Assembly (NCBI GenBank): GCA_951406725.2
Contig: OX597820.1
Span: 89,776,001-89,840,000 of the forward strand
From: Octopus vulgaris
Taxonomy: Eukaryota
Length of the DNA stretch: 64,000 nucleotides
Direction: 5' to 3'
Positions within the stretch are counted from its first letter, which is position 1. Each line of letters opens with the position of its first letter. A program made the position numbers and the translations under genes. Below the pieces are notes generated by a model. The model worked only from the letters and a program-made list of their open reading frames with translations, was not told the origin of the DNA and searched no databases. Below are positions 1-14,000 of the stretch, in pieces.

Positions 1-510
1 TCTTACCTTGGATACGAATTGGTAGTACTACTCTGGGTCAGAATCGATCTCGGAACAATGGTGATTAAGAGTTGGCCCCATATCCCTCAAAACTCTGGAA
101 CACCCGAATTGGATGAAGTTTAAATTCATACCCATGACAAAACACAAAACCTGTGTGTGTTGTACTCCCCTATGAAGTCGTGAAAATTGATGGAATCACT
201 CTTGCACACGAGAACATCAAGCAGGTGACAACTGACAGAAAAAAGGCCTGCACAATCACACTCACACACACACACACACACATATATATATTCCTATGCG
301 CACATAGACATATCGACACACGTTAATATATGTACGTTTGTTTTCCTATGTTGAAATATTTAAAAGGTAATCCACCATACTCTAAGCATAGAGAAATACT
401 TGTATTGAAGCGTTACATTGTTGCAGGTGTAGTTCATGAGGCAGAATATTTATATTTAATGAAGTGTCTTTCTCTAACAGAGGAATATTTCATAGGTTCT
501 AAATATATGT

Positions 511-550
<40 letters not shown>

Positions 551-934
551 CATATATGCACACACACATTCACTCACACACACACACACACACAAACATA
601 CACATATAACGGTAAATTACCATTTGTAACGCTAGATACATTTATTCATTTTGAATTGTTATATCGATGATGTTGATGTTGCAAATATGGAAGAATAACA
701 CCGGTCAAAGTTGATGTTGACTTCAAATTTCACTTTACCATTACATATTGTTATAGACAAACCTCAACGAGCAGGCATGACTTAAAAACAATAAAGTTAT
801 CTTTTCTCGTATATTGTTGTTGTATTTATGTTGGTCTTCTACTAAAACAAGGGTCAGAGGAAGACAGAGTGAATATAAGTGTAGGAAGTGGATAGAATGA
901 TACACATGATACTTTCATTGTGTTTGTCATTTAA

Positions 935-942
<8 letters not shown>

Positions 943-1006
<64 letters not shown>
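943..1006. repeat. (AG)n microsatellite
   Basis: Perfect AG dinucleotide run seen directly. Confidence 0.95.
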
Positions 1007-1008
<2 letters not shown>

Positions 1009-1474
1009 GTTTGTTAGAAAAGAATAATGAGCTGGTGAGAAAGTAGTGTACAAACGTGGCGTTGGGACAAGACACAGTAACATAGTTACCATTCTAGCTG
1101 TGAGCTTTCTCTCAGTTGAATTATCTGACTAAGTGAATTCTGCCTATGGTTGCCTCTGGTCATCTCTCTTCACCAACTAAATTTTCCTTACGGAATTTTA
1201 GTATTTCTAACAATGCAAGCTAGGTAAAAAGAGGGGATTTTGCAGAGCACAATAGATGTTCATTTGAGGTCAACCGTTATCTCACTTCAACTCTCCATCG
1301 CATACAGAAGGTTAGGAGGGTCAAGCGGAAAAGAAATAAATCGGTTTGGCAAAGCAATGTGTTCAAGGTAACTGGTGTCAACTATAATTTTTCTGTGAGA
1401 AAAGTGGTGTTGAAATGTTACGGGAAATTTGCTGATTCAGGTTCTAATTTACTCTATGCCTAAATGAAGTCACT

Positions 1475-1526
<52 letters not shown>

Positions 1527-1564
1527 TTTGTTTCATGCATACATACATAAAAATATGATTAAAG

Positions 1565-1745
1565 ATCCTTCCCAGGCCATTGACTCACAATTTGTTGACG
1601 CAAATTGCACCCCATCTCACCGGTCAGTTGTAGGGTAGCTCCTTTTTACTATCTGAGTAGACTGGAGAAACGTGAAATAAAAGGATTCGCTCAAGACCAC
1701 AATGCAATGCCCTGTCCAGGCATCCAAACCATTATCATTATGTGT
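1565..1745 (-). mobile_element. Degenerate SINE, same family as 27470-27735 (S4)
   Basis: ctgagtagactggagaaacgtgaaataaaaggattcgctcaagaccacaatgc is the reverse complement of the S4 body (gcgttgtgtttttgagcaaaatacttcatttcacgttgctccagtccactcag). Confidence 0.55.
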
Positions 1746-1930
1746 GAAGGAGCGACTTCACACATAGATACGTATATACATATAAACATACATACACACA
1801 CACACGTATATACATAAATATATATATATATTTGTGTATGTGTGCGTGTGTGCGGAAGTATATGTATCTATCTATTCATCCAGCTATTTGTCTATCTCTC
1901 TGTCTGTCCGTCTCTCACCTCCTCTCTCTT

Positions 1931-2035
<105 letters not shown>

Positions 2036-2989
2036 ATATATCTGTGTGTGTGTGTGCGTGCTTGCGCGCGCGTATATTCATAGGTTTGGTATAACAAAAC
2101 ATAGTTAGAGTTCAATACATGAGTATATAGATTTTACTCATCAGAAAGTTACAGAAACTTACATGTACATAATCTGTTGTCATATTAGGAACTCTTGGCT
2201 TTTGAGTAGCTTTTGTAATCTCCGTGAATAAAAATAGTGTAAACACACACGCATGCACACACACATACACACATACACAGCTGAATTCTTATAATCCATT
2301 TACTTCGTCGTTGACTTCTATTTACAAGCCTACCGCCACTAATTATTTTTAATACTCTAAATTTATAGTTTTAATTGCGATGGAAGAACCCAATTATAGA
2401 AATATTATTTATATGGTTTAAAACATCTTCCTCTTGTACTTTTTGAAATGCTCCAGTTAATGTATATCTTCTGGTATTGGATCACGAATCAAAATAGGCT
2501 ATTTTTCATCTTAAAAACTAGCCAAGCATGCATTTAGAACCTGGTTTATTGCACTGTTGTCATGTTTAGGTTAATGAAACGTTATAATGTTGATAGAGAA
2601 TATATTTATCATTAATTAAAATTGCCGTATATTATAGTTTGTTTATTGACTGTTTTCTTAATTTTTAGAAGGGTGATTATCAAAATATTAATTGAATCTT
2701 TTTTCTTTATTAATAAAGGAATAATTAAACGACAGCAATGTGTGAAAGTGATAGGAGTAATTTCACGCCAGCTCGAGTATTCCTATGCTCAATTCCCCAA
2801 AGGTCATATATAATCCGGATGAAGCATTATAAGATCAGACAATTTCAGAATCTATAATATAATAAATATACTCCGTAACTTACTTTACACGACTGAAGCA
2901 TAACCGCATCGGACTAGAAATCGGTGTTTTGTACCCGGTTAATATCATTTTCAATGTGCATAATTCTAGACCAAGTAGGTTGTTAATAC

Positions 2990-3390
2990 TATTCTTTTCT
3001 ATTCTAGGCACAAGGCCCGAAATTTTGGGGGAGGGAGCCAGTCAATTAGGTCGACCTCAGTAGGCAACTTGTACTTAATTTACCGACTCCGAAAGGATGA
3101 AAAGCAAAGTCGATCTCGGCAGAATTTGAACTCAGAATGTAGCGGCAGACAAAATACCTATTTCTTTATTACCCACAATGGGCTAAACATAGAGGAGACA
3201 AACAAGGACAGACAAACGGATTAAGTCGATTACATCGACCCCAGTGCTTAACTGGTACTTAATTTATCGAACCCGAAAGGATGAAAGGTAGAGTCGACCT
3301 CGGCGGAATTTGAACTCAGAACGTAACGGCAGAGGAAATACAGCTACGCATTTCGCCCGGCGTGCTAACGTTTCTGCCAGCTCGCCGCCT
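2990..3390 (-). mobile_element. tRNA-derived SINE family S2, dimeric copy
   Basis: Reverse strand begins aggcggcgagctggcagaaacgttagc (A-box-like), has the B-box gagttcaaattcc and the core ctttcatcctttcggggtcgataaattaagtaccag; B-box and core occur twice. Homologous to 23955-24176. Confidence 0.85.
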
Positions 3391-3976
3391 CAGAAAACAA
3401 AAGTATTGTTTCCAGCTCTCTCTAGCTCCTATTATAACACCATATTTCGTTTCCCCTGGCGTCAGTGATGTAAAAGGGAGATAGAGAAAACAGATTTGAA
3501 TCATATTTAGTCAGTATAATTTAAATAATTAAAAAAAAAAAAGAATGACCTAAGGCAAATCACTAAAATTTATCAATGACAAATTTTGATAAATATTATT
3601 TTTGCTGGATACTGCACACATATACAAATAAATCTGAATTGAAGTTTTCTTTTTAGTTGGATAAAGCAAATGAAAAAATCTAAAGATAATTGTTTGTGAC
3701 CTACAAAGAAAAGGAGATATCATTTCAGCAAATTGATAATTCATTCCTCAAAAATTAATTTAAACACTTCGAGAAAATGCATGGTAGTTTTCAATCGACA
3801 ACTATAAACATATTTTCTCCTACAACACTTTGTATATGTACCATAGTCTAATAAAGCCTGATATACACCATAGTTTGTAGTAGTCTCTCTCGACTTCAAA
3901 ATGATTACGAGATATCTACAGTTAAGAAAAGGTGCTACTGCAAGTGGCTAAAAAAATAAAGATAAAAATGAAAACT

Positions 3977-4249
3977 AATTGCAGCGTGGGTGGTGTTTAT
4001 AAGCCATTTAAAGGCACACCAAAACCGTTAGGTTCACTTCAACATTTAAATCTAATTTGTCAAAATATTTTCATCGTTTTGAAACCGCGACCTGTTCACT
4101 GATAAAATAGCGTGACGGAATCTTATCAGCGAAAAGGTCGCGGTCTCTAAGGGAGGAAAATATTTTGACAAATTAAATTAAAATTTTGAATTGAATCTAA
4201 CAATTTTTGTTTCTTTAAATCGCTTATAAACACCCTCCACGCTGAAATT
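3977..4249. repeat. Fold-back (inverted repeat) element, ~130-bp arms, Penelope pLTR-like
   Basis: aattgcagcgtgggtggtgtttataagc...ttgtcaaaatattttc...accgcgacct...ctgataa is mirrored by ttatcag...aggtcgcggt...gaaaatattttgacaa...gcttataaacaccctccacgctgaaatt, with a ~12-nt central loop. Confidence 0.8.
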
Positions 4250-4680
4250 GTTTTAGTTTCAGCACAGAATCTCATATCAGGTCACTTGCTATGCAAGTGC
4301 ATCTCCGTAAAAGATAAAACTGTTTTCTGTTTACTGCTTTTAAGGAAGCCAACAGATATGAAACAGAAGCTAAAGCAAGTGAGCGTTTTGAAGAGAATAT
4401 CTGAAAGAATAACAGAAACTATTGTAAAATAATAATTAAACAACTTGCTCAATAGCAAGTGAAATATAATTCATCGGCTGCAGAGAGTTATGTAAAACGA
4501 GGACAGAGCAAAGATCTTACATGATTATATACTTCGCAATGTGAAAAAAATGCAAAAAAAAAAAAAATAAATAAAACAAAAAATACAAGAAGATGAAAAG
4601 AAAACGTTTCAGAATGTCAGTCGCAGGACCTACACGGAAATATACGGTATGAACCTTTAAAGTGGTACGAGTGAGTACAA

Positions 4681-4924
4681 GAACGGTTCCCAACTACTTT
4701 TTACCTGTGGACCCCCCCTGATACATATTTTACTCTACTGGACCCCACTAACCATGTTTAAATAAAAAAAAAACCTTTTATATTTTTGTAATTGAATACT
4801 ATTAGGAATTGATAAAAAAAATTGTTGAAATGTTTTAGGGATTACATGATTATGACCGATTTTATTGCAACAAAACCTTATATGGACCGGCAAGGGCAAT
4901 GTGGACTGCGTTTGAGGACCAGTG
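4681..4924. mobile_element. Degenerate hAT-like MITE
   Basis: Ends resemble CAGTGGTTCCCAAC / GTTGAGAACCACTG-type TIRs (gaacggttcccaac ... gtttgaggaccagtg), with repeated subterminal tggacc motifs. No TSD resolved. Confidence 0.45.
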
Positions 4925-5422
4925 GATTGCAAGAAATTATTTAACTTTCATTCTTAAAGTAGAAATTAAATACTTTAGAATTCCACAAATTCAATGGTTC
5001 TATTCTAAATTTCTTTAAAAGGCAGATCAGTTTGAGAACAGTTACTAAGACAATTATTAGTGTTTCTTAGTAACTTTTTAACTTATAAATATCTAAATAT
5101 CCTTGTTCGAATTCATCTACCAAAAGGTAAGCCGTATATCAATCCTCTCGAAAGATAAGATATCGAAATACTCTTTACTATAAAACCAAGTTAACCGTAA
5201 ACAAATATACTAATGACTCATTAACAACAAAGGGAAATAATCATAAAGACATAACTTTGTACTGTAAATTCTCCAGCAAAGTAGATGCCAAACTCTTAAA
5301 TGAGAAAATATATCTAATGCTGATTTAACCATCAAATCCAAACTGAGTAGGGCAACAGAAACAACAGCGTTCACCACAAATCAAGCGCAAGAGACATTAC
5401 GAAAAATCAATATTCGGAATAT

Positions 5423-5585
5423 AAGCGTAAGCGTGGTTGTTGGTAAGAAGTTTTCTTCTCAATCACATGTTTGTGGATTCAGTTCCACTGCATAGCATCT
5501 TGGAAAAGTGCTTTCTACTCTAGCTTCGGGCCGACCAATACCTTTTGAGTGAATTTGGAAGAGAGAAACTGAAGAGAAGCCCGTG

Positions 5586-5683
<98 letters not shown>

Positions 5684-5896
5684 GAGTCCGTGTGCCTTTG
5701 TGTCTGTGTTTGTCCCCCAGTACCTCTACCATCACCTGATAATCGCTATTGGCTTGTTTACCCCACACCATGTAACTTCATGATTCGACCAAAGAGACTT
5801 ATAACATACGTACCAGGCTTTAAAAATAAATACTGCACAGTACCCCAGCATGGTCGCAGTCTAATGACTGAAACAAGTAAAAAAATAAAAGATAAA
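5423..5896 (+). mobile_element. tRNA-derived SINE family S1 with internal (CTAT)n
   Basis: Homologous to 26614-27078 and 61080-61534: gcgtggttgttggtaag head, ggattcagttccactg B-box, tagcttcgggccgaccaa, and tail ccagcatggtcgcagtctaatgactgaaacaagtaaaa. Confidence 0.85.
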
Positions 5897-7051
5897 ACAT
5901 TTTGCGTGGTCAAATATCCGGTAGCTTCTAGGTGCATACATCTTCAAGAAAATTGAGATCAGGTGACTGAGTGGCTAAGTTGTTTTGGAAAAGTCACAAT
6001 CTCAAGGGTAGGACAGAGACAGTGTTATCTATCTACCATGCTTTGGCCTAGTTTAGGTTTGATCAGATTATAGTATTTGCTCTTTTACTTTTTGTGGAAG
6101 TTGAGTCGAAATGATTCCCGATATATTAGAAAACGTATTGAGTTTTTGTAGTGTTAAAGACCCTATAATTTAAAAAAGGAGAAATATTTATTTTGCGATA
6201 TTCATACCTTTCCGGTAGGTAATTAGAGTACAATCGTTTCAAACTGAATTAATATTCTTGTTCATCCAAAGAATTGTATTTAATGTTGAGCGCTATTGGT
6301 ACAAAATTTGTTGATTGTTTCCATTTTTACAGTGTACAGGGTCCTTGAAAAGTGACGTAGGATTTCGTGACGTTCATTCATCTCACATTAGTTACTTAGA
6401 TTATGTAAATTTGTACTGAAAGTAATACTGAAATCTCACTGGAATCCTCGATCGGCTATTAACATACTTCCGGTTCACAGGAGCGCGACCTCATTCGATA
6501 AAGAATTCACAAATATATTACAAAAACAAAATATTGGAAAGATTGAGTTGCGGAACTGTAATAAAGAGGAAAAGAATGTCAACTTGTCAACCTTGTCTTT
6601 GCAGAAATTTTTTTTTTTCCTTCTTCTTTTCCATTCGATAACCAGAAATTAAGTTAACTGTTACATCGTGGAAAGAAAATTTTCTTAAAACTCAAAAAGA
6701 GATAGTGGGGTTGGGGGGGGGGGAGAGTAAAAAAACAATAACAATCTAAAGCAAACATTTAATAGAATTACGACATTTTTTTTTTCTTTTCCTAACAACA
6801 TATTCTTCACAGTGAGTCTGTTAGTTGCAAGAAAGAAAATCTTAACTTCATATGTAGCTCTTGCTATTTTGTTTTGTTATTGATATCGGACATCTCAACA
6901 GTAATCCGCTGTCAGTTTGGTTAAGTGTTGGCATATACAAAGAAAGAAAGAAATCACATGTATAACTACATACATAGGTAAAGAGAAATACAAAACCATT
7001 TCAAACTCATACATGAGAAAACACTGAGACACCATAACACCAAATAGACGA

Positions 7052-8960
<1,909 letters not shown>

Positions 8961-10479
8961 TGTGTGTGTTCATATGTATATATACATATTCATGTGTACG
9001 TGTGTATGAGTTTTTGTATGTACAAAGACACTCACATACACACATAGTTTGTGAAATGTTAATAGTGAAAAATAAATCACAAGTTAAAGAACGGTTTGAT
9101 ACAAATGTTATAACATCTGTTATTTTAGTTTCTCACCAGCATCACAACTTTCGTGTTTTCTATTATCGACTTGATAATATACACGAAGTTTTATATAAAC
9201 CAGTATATATACGAATGAAGGTGTACCAAGTTGCCTATATGCTTAATTATTCGAAGTGACTATTCTTTCTTGTCTTGTTTTCTTTTGAGAATTTATTTTT
9301 GAATATTTTAATGTAATGACTAGTTTTAAAATTCAGTTTACAGCCAGAAATTTTAATTTCATTCTTTTGTGTAGCTTCTTCATCTTTTAGAATTCTATTT
9401 AATTCTATTTATGAAAAATAGTTTGTGAATGATTTGTTTTGCTAGAGAGTGAGAAATATCTCAAGAGGTCATATTAATTTTCTGCTGAAAATATATGAAG
9501 ACCAAGATGCGCTTGATAAAGACAACAAGAATAAATAATTTTTTTTTCATGTGCATGATATATGAATGTTAATAGCATTTAGAAGTTTTCTAGAAAATAT
9601 GTATGTTATATAAAGTGATTGTACCACAAATTGGATAGGAAATTATATAAGACACTGACAAAAAAGTTATGGAGATATTTTATCATTAATCTAGTCCTAC
9701 TTCCCACACAGCATAGTAAATCTGTGTTAGACTGTATTTGCTTGACATCTCTCATCTTCATTTCTAATGCAAGCTATAATCATAAATGCTGATGTGTTAA
9801 ATCTTTGTTAATGACACCTAACGTTTAGCAAAGTAATATTAGCGTAAAAAATATTTATGCAACAGATATTTCTGAGATAGTGGTGTAACAAACTAATAGA
9901 AAAATGAATTCCTGCTTAGTAATGAAATTGCTAGTATTAATGTTATAGACAAATTAAACAGAATTTCATTTTCCGGGAATAATTGAGGATATGTTTTGCT
10001 ACATACATTCAAAAATCTGTCATTTATGTAATATTTGATATCAACCAACATCTACATCATTCTGCATGCTAATAAAGACGACATTAGATATGCAGCGTGT
10101 TTAAATGATGAGGCGATATCAATCAACAAAGAATATGTTATCTATGAATTTTGATTCCAATAAATGTTGGAATATTTGACATTAAATTTCGGAAAAGTAA
10201 TTCCAGGTTTATATATCCATAAAGGCAATTGCTGGTTTTAAATTAAAATATTACAACGCCATTCAGACAAACATATTGTGGATGCTCACTTAGATATATG
10301 ATCAGTTTTCTATCATGAAGCTAGATGGTTGCTGTAATGTAATTGTAAATAGTGTATTATTTTATCTGATGCTACATTTCCATCAAGCAAATTTCAACCA
10401 CAATATTTTGCTGTCATTTATAATACCTCTCTGAATTATTTACCTCTCTATCTATCTCCTTTTTCCGCCTGTCAGTCTG

Positions 10480-10649
10480 TCTGTCTCACTCTCACTATGT
10501 ATGTATGTATGTGTGTATGTATGTATGTATGTATGTACGGATGTATGGATGGATAGTGGATGATGGAAGCATCTGTTCATATATGCATGTATGTACGCAT
10601 GTATGTATTTAAGTGTGTTTATATAGTCACATATATGCGTTGCATATAC

Positions 10650-10703
<54 letters not shown>

Positions 10704-10754
10704 ATGTCTGTCAGTCTGTTTGTCTGCCTTTCTGTCTGTCTGTCTTTCTTTCTT

Positions 10755-10817
<63 letters not shown>

Positions 10818-11309
10818 GTCTGGCTGTATGTCTGTTTAACTATGCATCTATCTATCTATCTGTCTGTCTGTCTGTCTGTCATGGACTCTTTTGTCGAAGA
10901 CGACGTATGAGTCTTCAGCTTTTACCGAACGACCTGCGCAAATGTTTTGTTTATACTGATCAAATGTATGTGCGGTACTTTGGCTCACTCTCCCCATCAA
11001 ATTGACGTTGTCTGAACAGGTGCACTGTATCAGGTGTCTGAATAGGTGTACGCATCAGGTGCCGGAGTGAGATAAAGTGCTTCCTTTAAAAACAAAACGT
11101 GTCACCCTAGTTAGGAGTTGAAAGATCCTGACCAACAACCTGACGATTAGGCCATGCTTCCCTGCATACATACATAGATATATACATACATGCATACATA
11201 CCTACATACATACATACACACACATATAGATGTAAATATATATATATACATAAATATATATGTATATATATATATATCTTACATATATATACATACATAC
11301 ATACACACA

Positions 11310-11353
<44 letters not shown>

Positions 11354-11530
11354 CAATCCGTTTTCGTTGGACTTTGAGCTTCACCGGGCAACGTATCGAA
11401 TCGCCGCTGATGAATAAGCTGTCGAGCATATACTTACAAACACACACACATAAGTATATACATATATATGTACATATATATGCATTTATATATACATATA
11501 CATGTAAACATACATGCGTACATGATAAAT

Positions 11531-11581
<51 letters not shown>

Positions 11582-11585
11582 TGTG

Positions 11586-11628
<43 letters not shown>

Positions 11629-11630
11629 AT
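10480..11630. repeat. Compound (TATG)n/(CTAT)n/(TA)n/(TG)n microsatellites
   Basis: Seen directly. Confidence 0.9.
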
Positions 11631-12283
11631 TTCTGTGTATAAACATAAATTTTAATAAATGGTTATTATATGGGAGCAAGCTTGCTGATTGAAGGCTCCA
11701 CTCAGCAATAGGTGTACAGTAAAATTTATGTTAAATTTGTGCTGATTGGATTTTCACTTCTGTCTGATAGCCTACTCATAACCAACTAAATGATACCTAA
11801 AGTCCCAGTCAATATGAGTTATTTACGCACACACACTTACACACATTTAAACTGAACTAATCTTTCTAGTTTCATGCCACACCGATCGTTAAGCTAGGAC
11901 TGGAATTACTGTAAAATCCTAGTTGCACGTTACAATAAATTATATATATAATACAAGGTACTACCTATTCTTAATCCATCAATAAAACATGACATTATAG
12001 TGTGTTATGCATAACAAGCATAGAGTGTCAAATATAGAAAGATAGATAGAGAGAAAGAGGGAGAGGGAATGAAAAACAAGAAAAAAACATTCAGTGATAG
12101 AAAGAAATAGGAGGCTAGTTATAATTGCACTGCGAACTGTTGAAGATATGCACTTTTCTAAAGCCATTCAAGACCGGTTTGTCTGTCTGATTTCTCACTC
12201 TCCTCATCTTTTTTTGTAAACCTCTCTCCTTTTCCTCTGTTCTTTTCCCGTTCTCGTGATGCATATATATATATATATAGATC

Positions 12284-12331
<48 letters not shown>

Positions 12332-12446
12332 ATTGTGTATGTGTGTGTGAATGTGTGTGTACTCATTTAATCGTTCAGGATGTGTAGCGAATAGAGCAAG
12401 AACAGTAAGAACAACAACAGCAACAATAATGTTAGTGATGATGATG

Positions 12447-12494
<48 letters not shown>

Positions 12495-12498
12495 TAAT

Positions 12499-13860
12499 GA
12501 AAAGAATAAGGATAAGAATGATATGGAGGGGACAGCTCTCACCAGCGATTTAAGGGATTTACAGGATAAGTTCCAAGAAGTAACGAGTAATGAAGTAAGA
12601 AAAAGATTTCCAGCATTGAAAGGTACCAACAAAAAGAAGGTGTTAGTTACGATTAGAAAAGTAGGTTCTGTTATCATAGAATAGATGCTAAAAATATGGG
12701 AGACACTAACTTATTGATCTATGCAGGAGGGGTAGTAGTTAACAAAAGATTAGATATTCGAAAAGGAATGATGAGAAAAGAGCAAATCTTGAAAAGGAGA
12801 TTACAAAAGGAAGTGGAGACTTTAAGACAAGATCTGAGTAGAATAGAAGCCCTGAAACTGAACAATTTAGGAAACTCAAGATTTAAATCTCCTCTTGAGA
12901 AAGGATTTGGAACAGTAATAGAAGAGTTGAAACAGCGCATCATAACAGTTGCAGTTAAGCTTCCTAGGTATCAGAAAACACTAGATGAGTATCGACAGAA
13001 TAGATTATTTGAGACAGGCCAGAGGAAATTTTATAACCAAATAAACAGGGGATGAGAAAGTACTGAAGATGTGATACCTAATGCAGAAGAAGCTAGAAAG
13101 TTCTGGAGCAATATTTTTGATAAGCCAGTTAGTTATAATGGAGATGCACTACGTTTCAGGAAAGTGAGGGAAGAAATAGTGCATTAATGAGTAAATTGTC
13201 AGGATAAATGTCGAATTAGAAGGGCCCAGAACCAGATTTAGTTCAAGGATACTGGCTAAATATATTTAGTAGTTTACATGTGAAGCTGAGAGAACAACTT
13301 CAGAATTGCCTGAGTGGAAGAATAATACTGGATTGAATGACTAAAGGGAGGACAATACTCATTATGAAAGATAAAAGTATGGGTAATACAGCTAGCAACT
13401 ATAGACCAATCACTCGCTTGCCATTAGTGTGGAAGCTGTTAACAGAAATGCTTTCAGAAAGAATTTACGAGCATTTTAACAACCAGAATTTACTGTCAGA
13501 AGAGCAGAAGGGTTGCAAGAAGATGGTCTATTATACATAGACAAAGCAGTTCTAAATAAAGCAAAAACTAGAAAGAGAAATCTAACAATAGTATGGGTAG
13601 ATTATAGGAACACCTATGTGGTGATCCCATATTCATGGATAAGTGAATACTTGAGTATATTCAGTACAGCCAACAACATAAGAGAATTGATTAGATTTAG
13701 CAAGAAGAAATGGAAAGTAGATCTCTACTCATGTGCCACAGTCCTAGGGAAGGTTAATATCAACAGAGGAATTTTCCAAGGAGACTCTTTATATCCTCAT
13801 GGCATCAAAGGTTATTTGTTGCCTGGTGTTAGGAATTTTCTTTTTTGTAGTGTGCATATG
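12499..13860 (+). mobile_element. Degenerate, internally deleted R4/Dong-clade non-LTR retrotransposon (family C) between (AAT)n arrays
   Basis: ORF fragments YRQNRLFETGQRKFY, TKGRTILIMKD...NYRPITRLPLVWKLLT...EEQKGC, WVDY...PYSWI, RGIFQGDSL. Flanked by AAT arrays at 12446-12498 and 13861-13993. Confidence 0.85.
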
Positions 13861-13873
13861 AATAATAATAATG

Positions 13874-13914
<41 letters not shown>

Positions 13915-13915
13915 C

Positions 13916-13964
<49 letters not shown>

Positions 13965-14000
13965 TAAAAATAATAATAATAATGATAATAATAAAAAACA

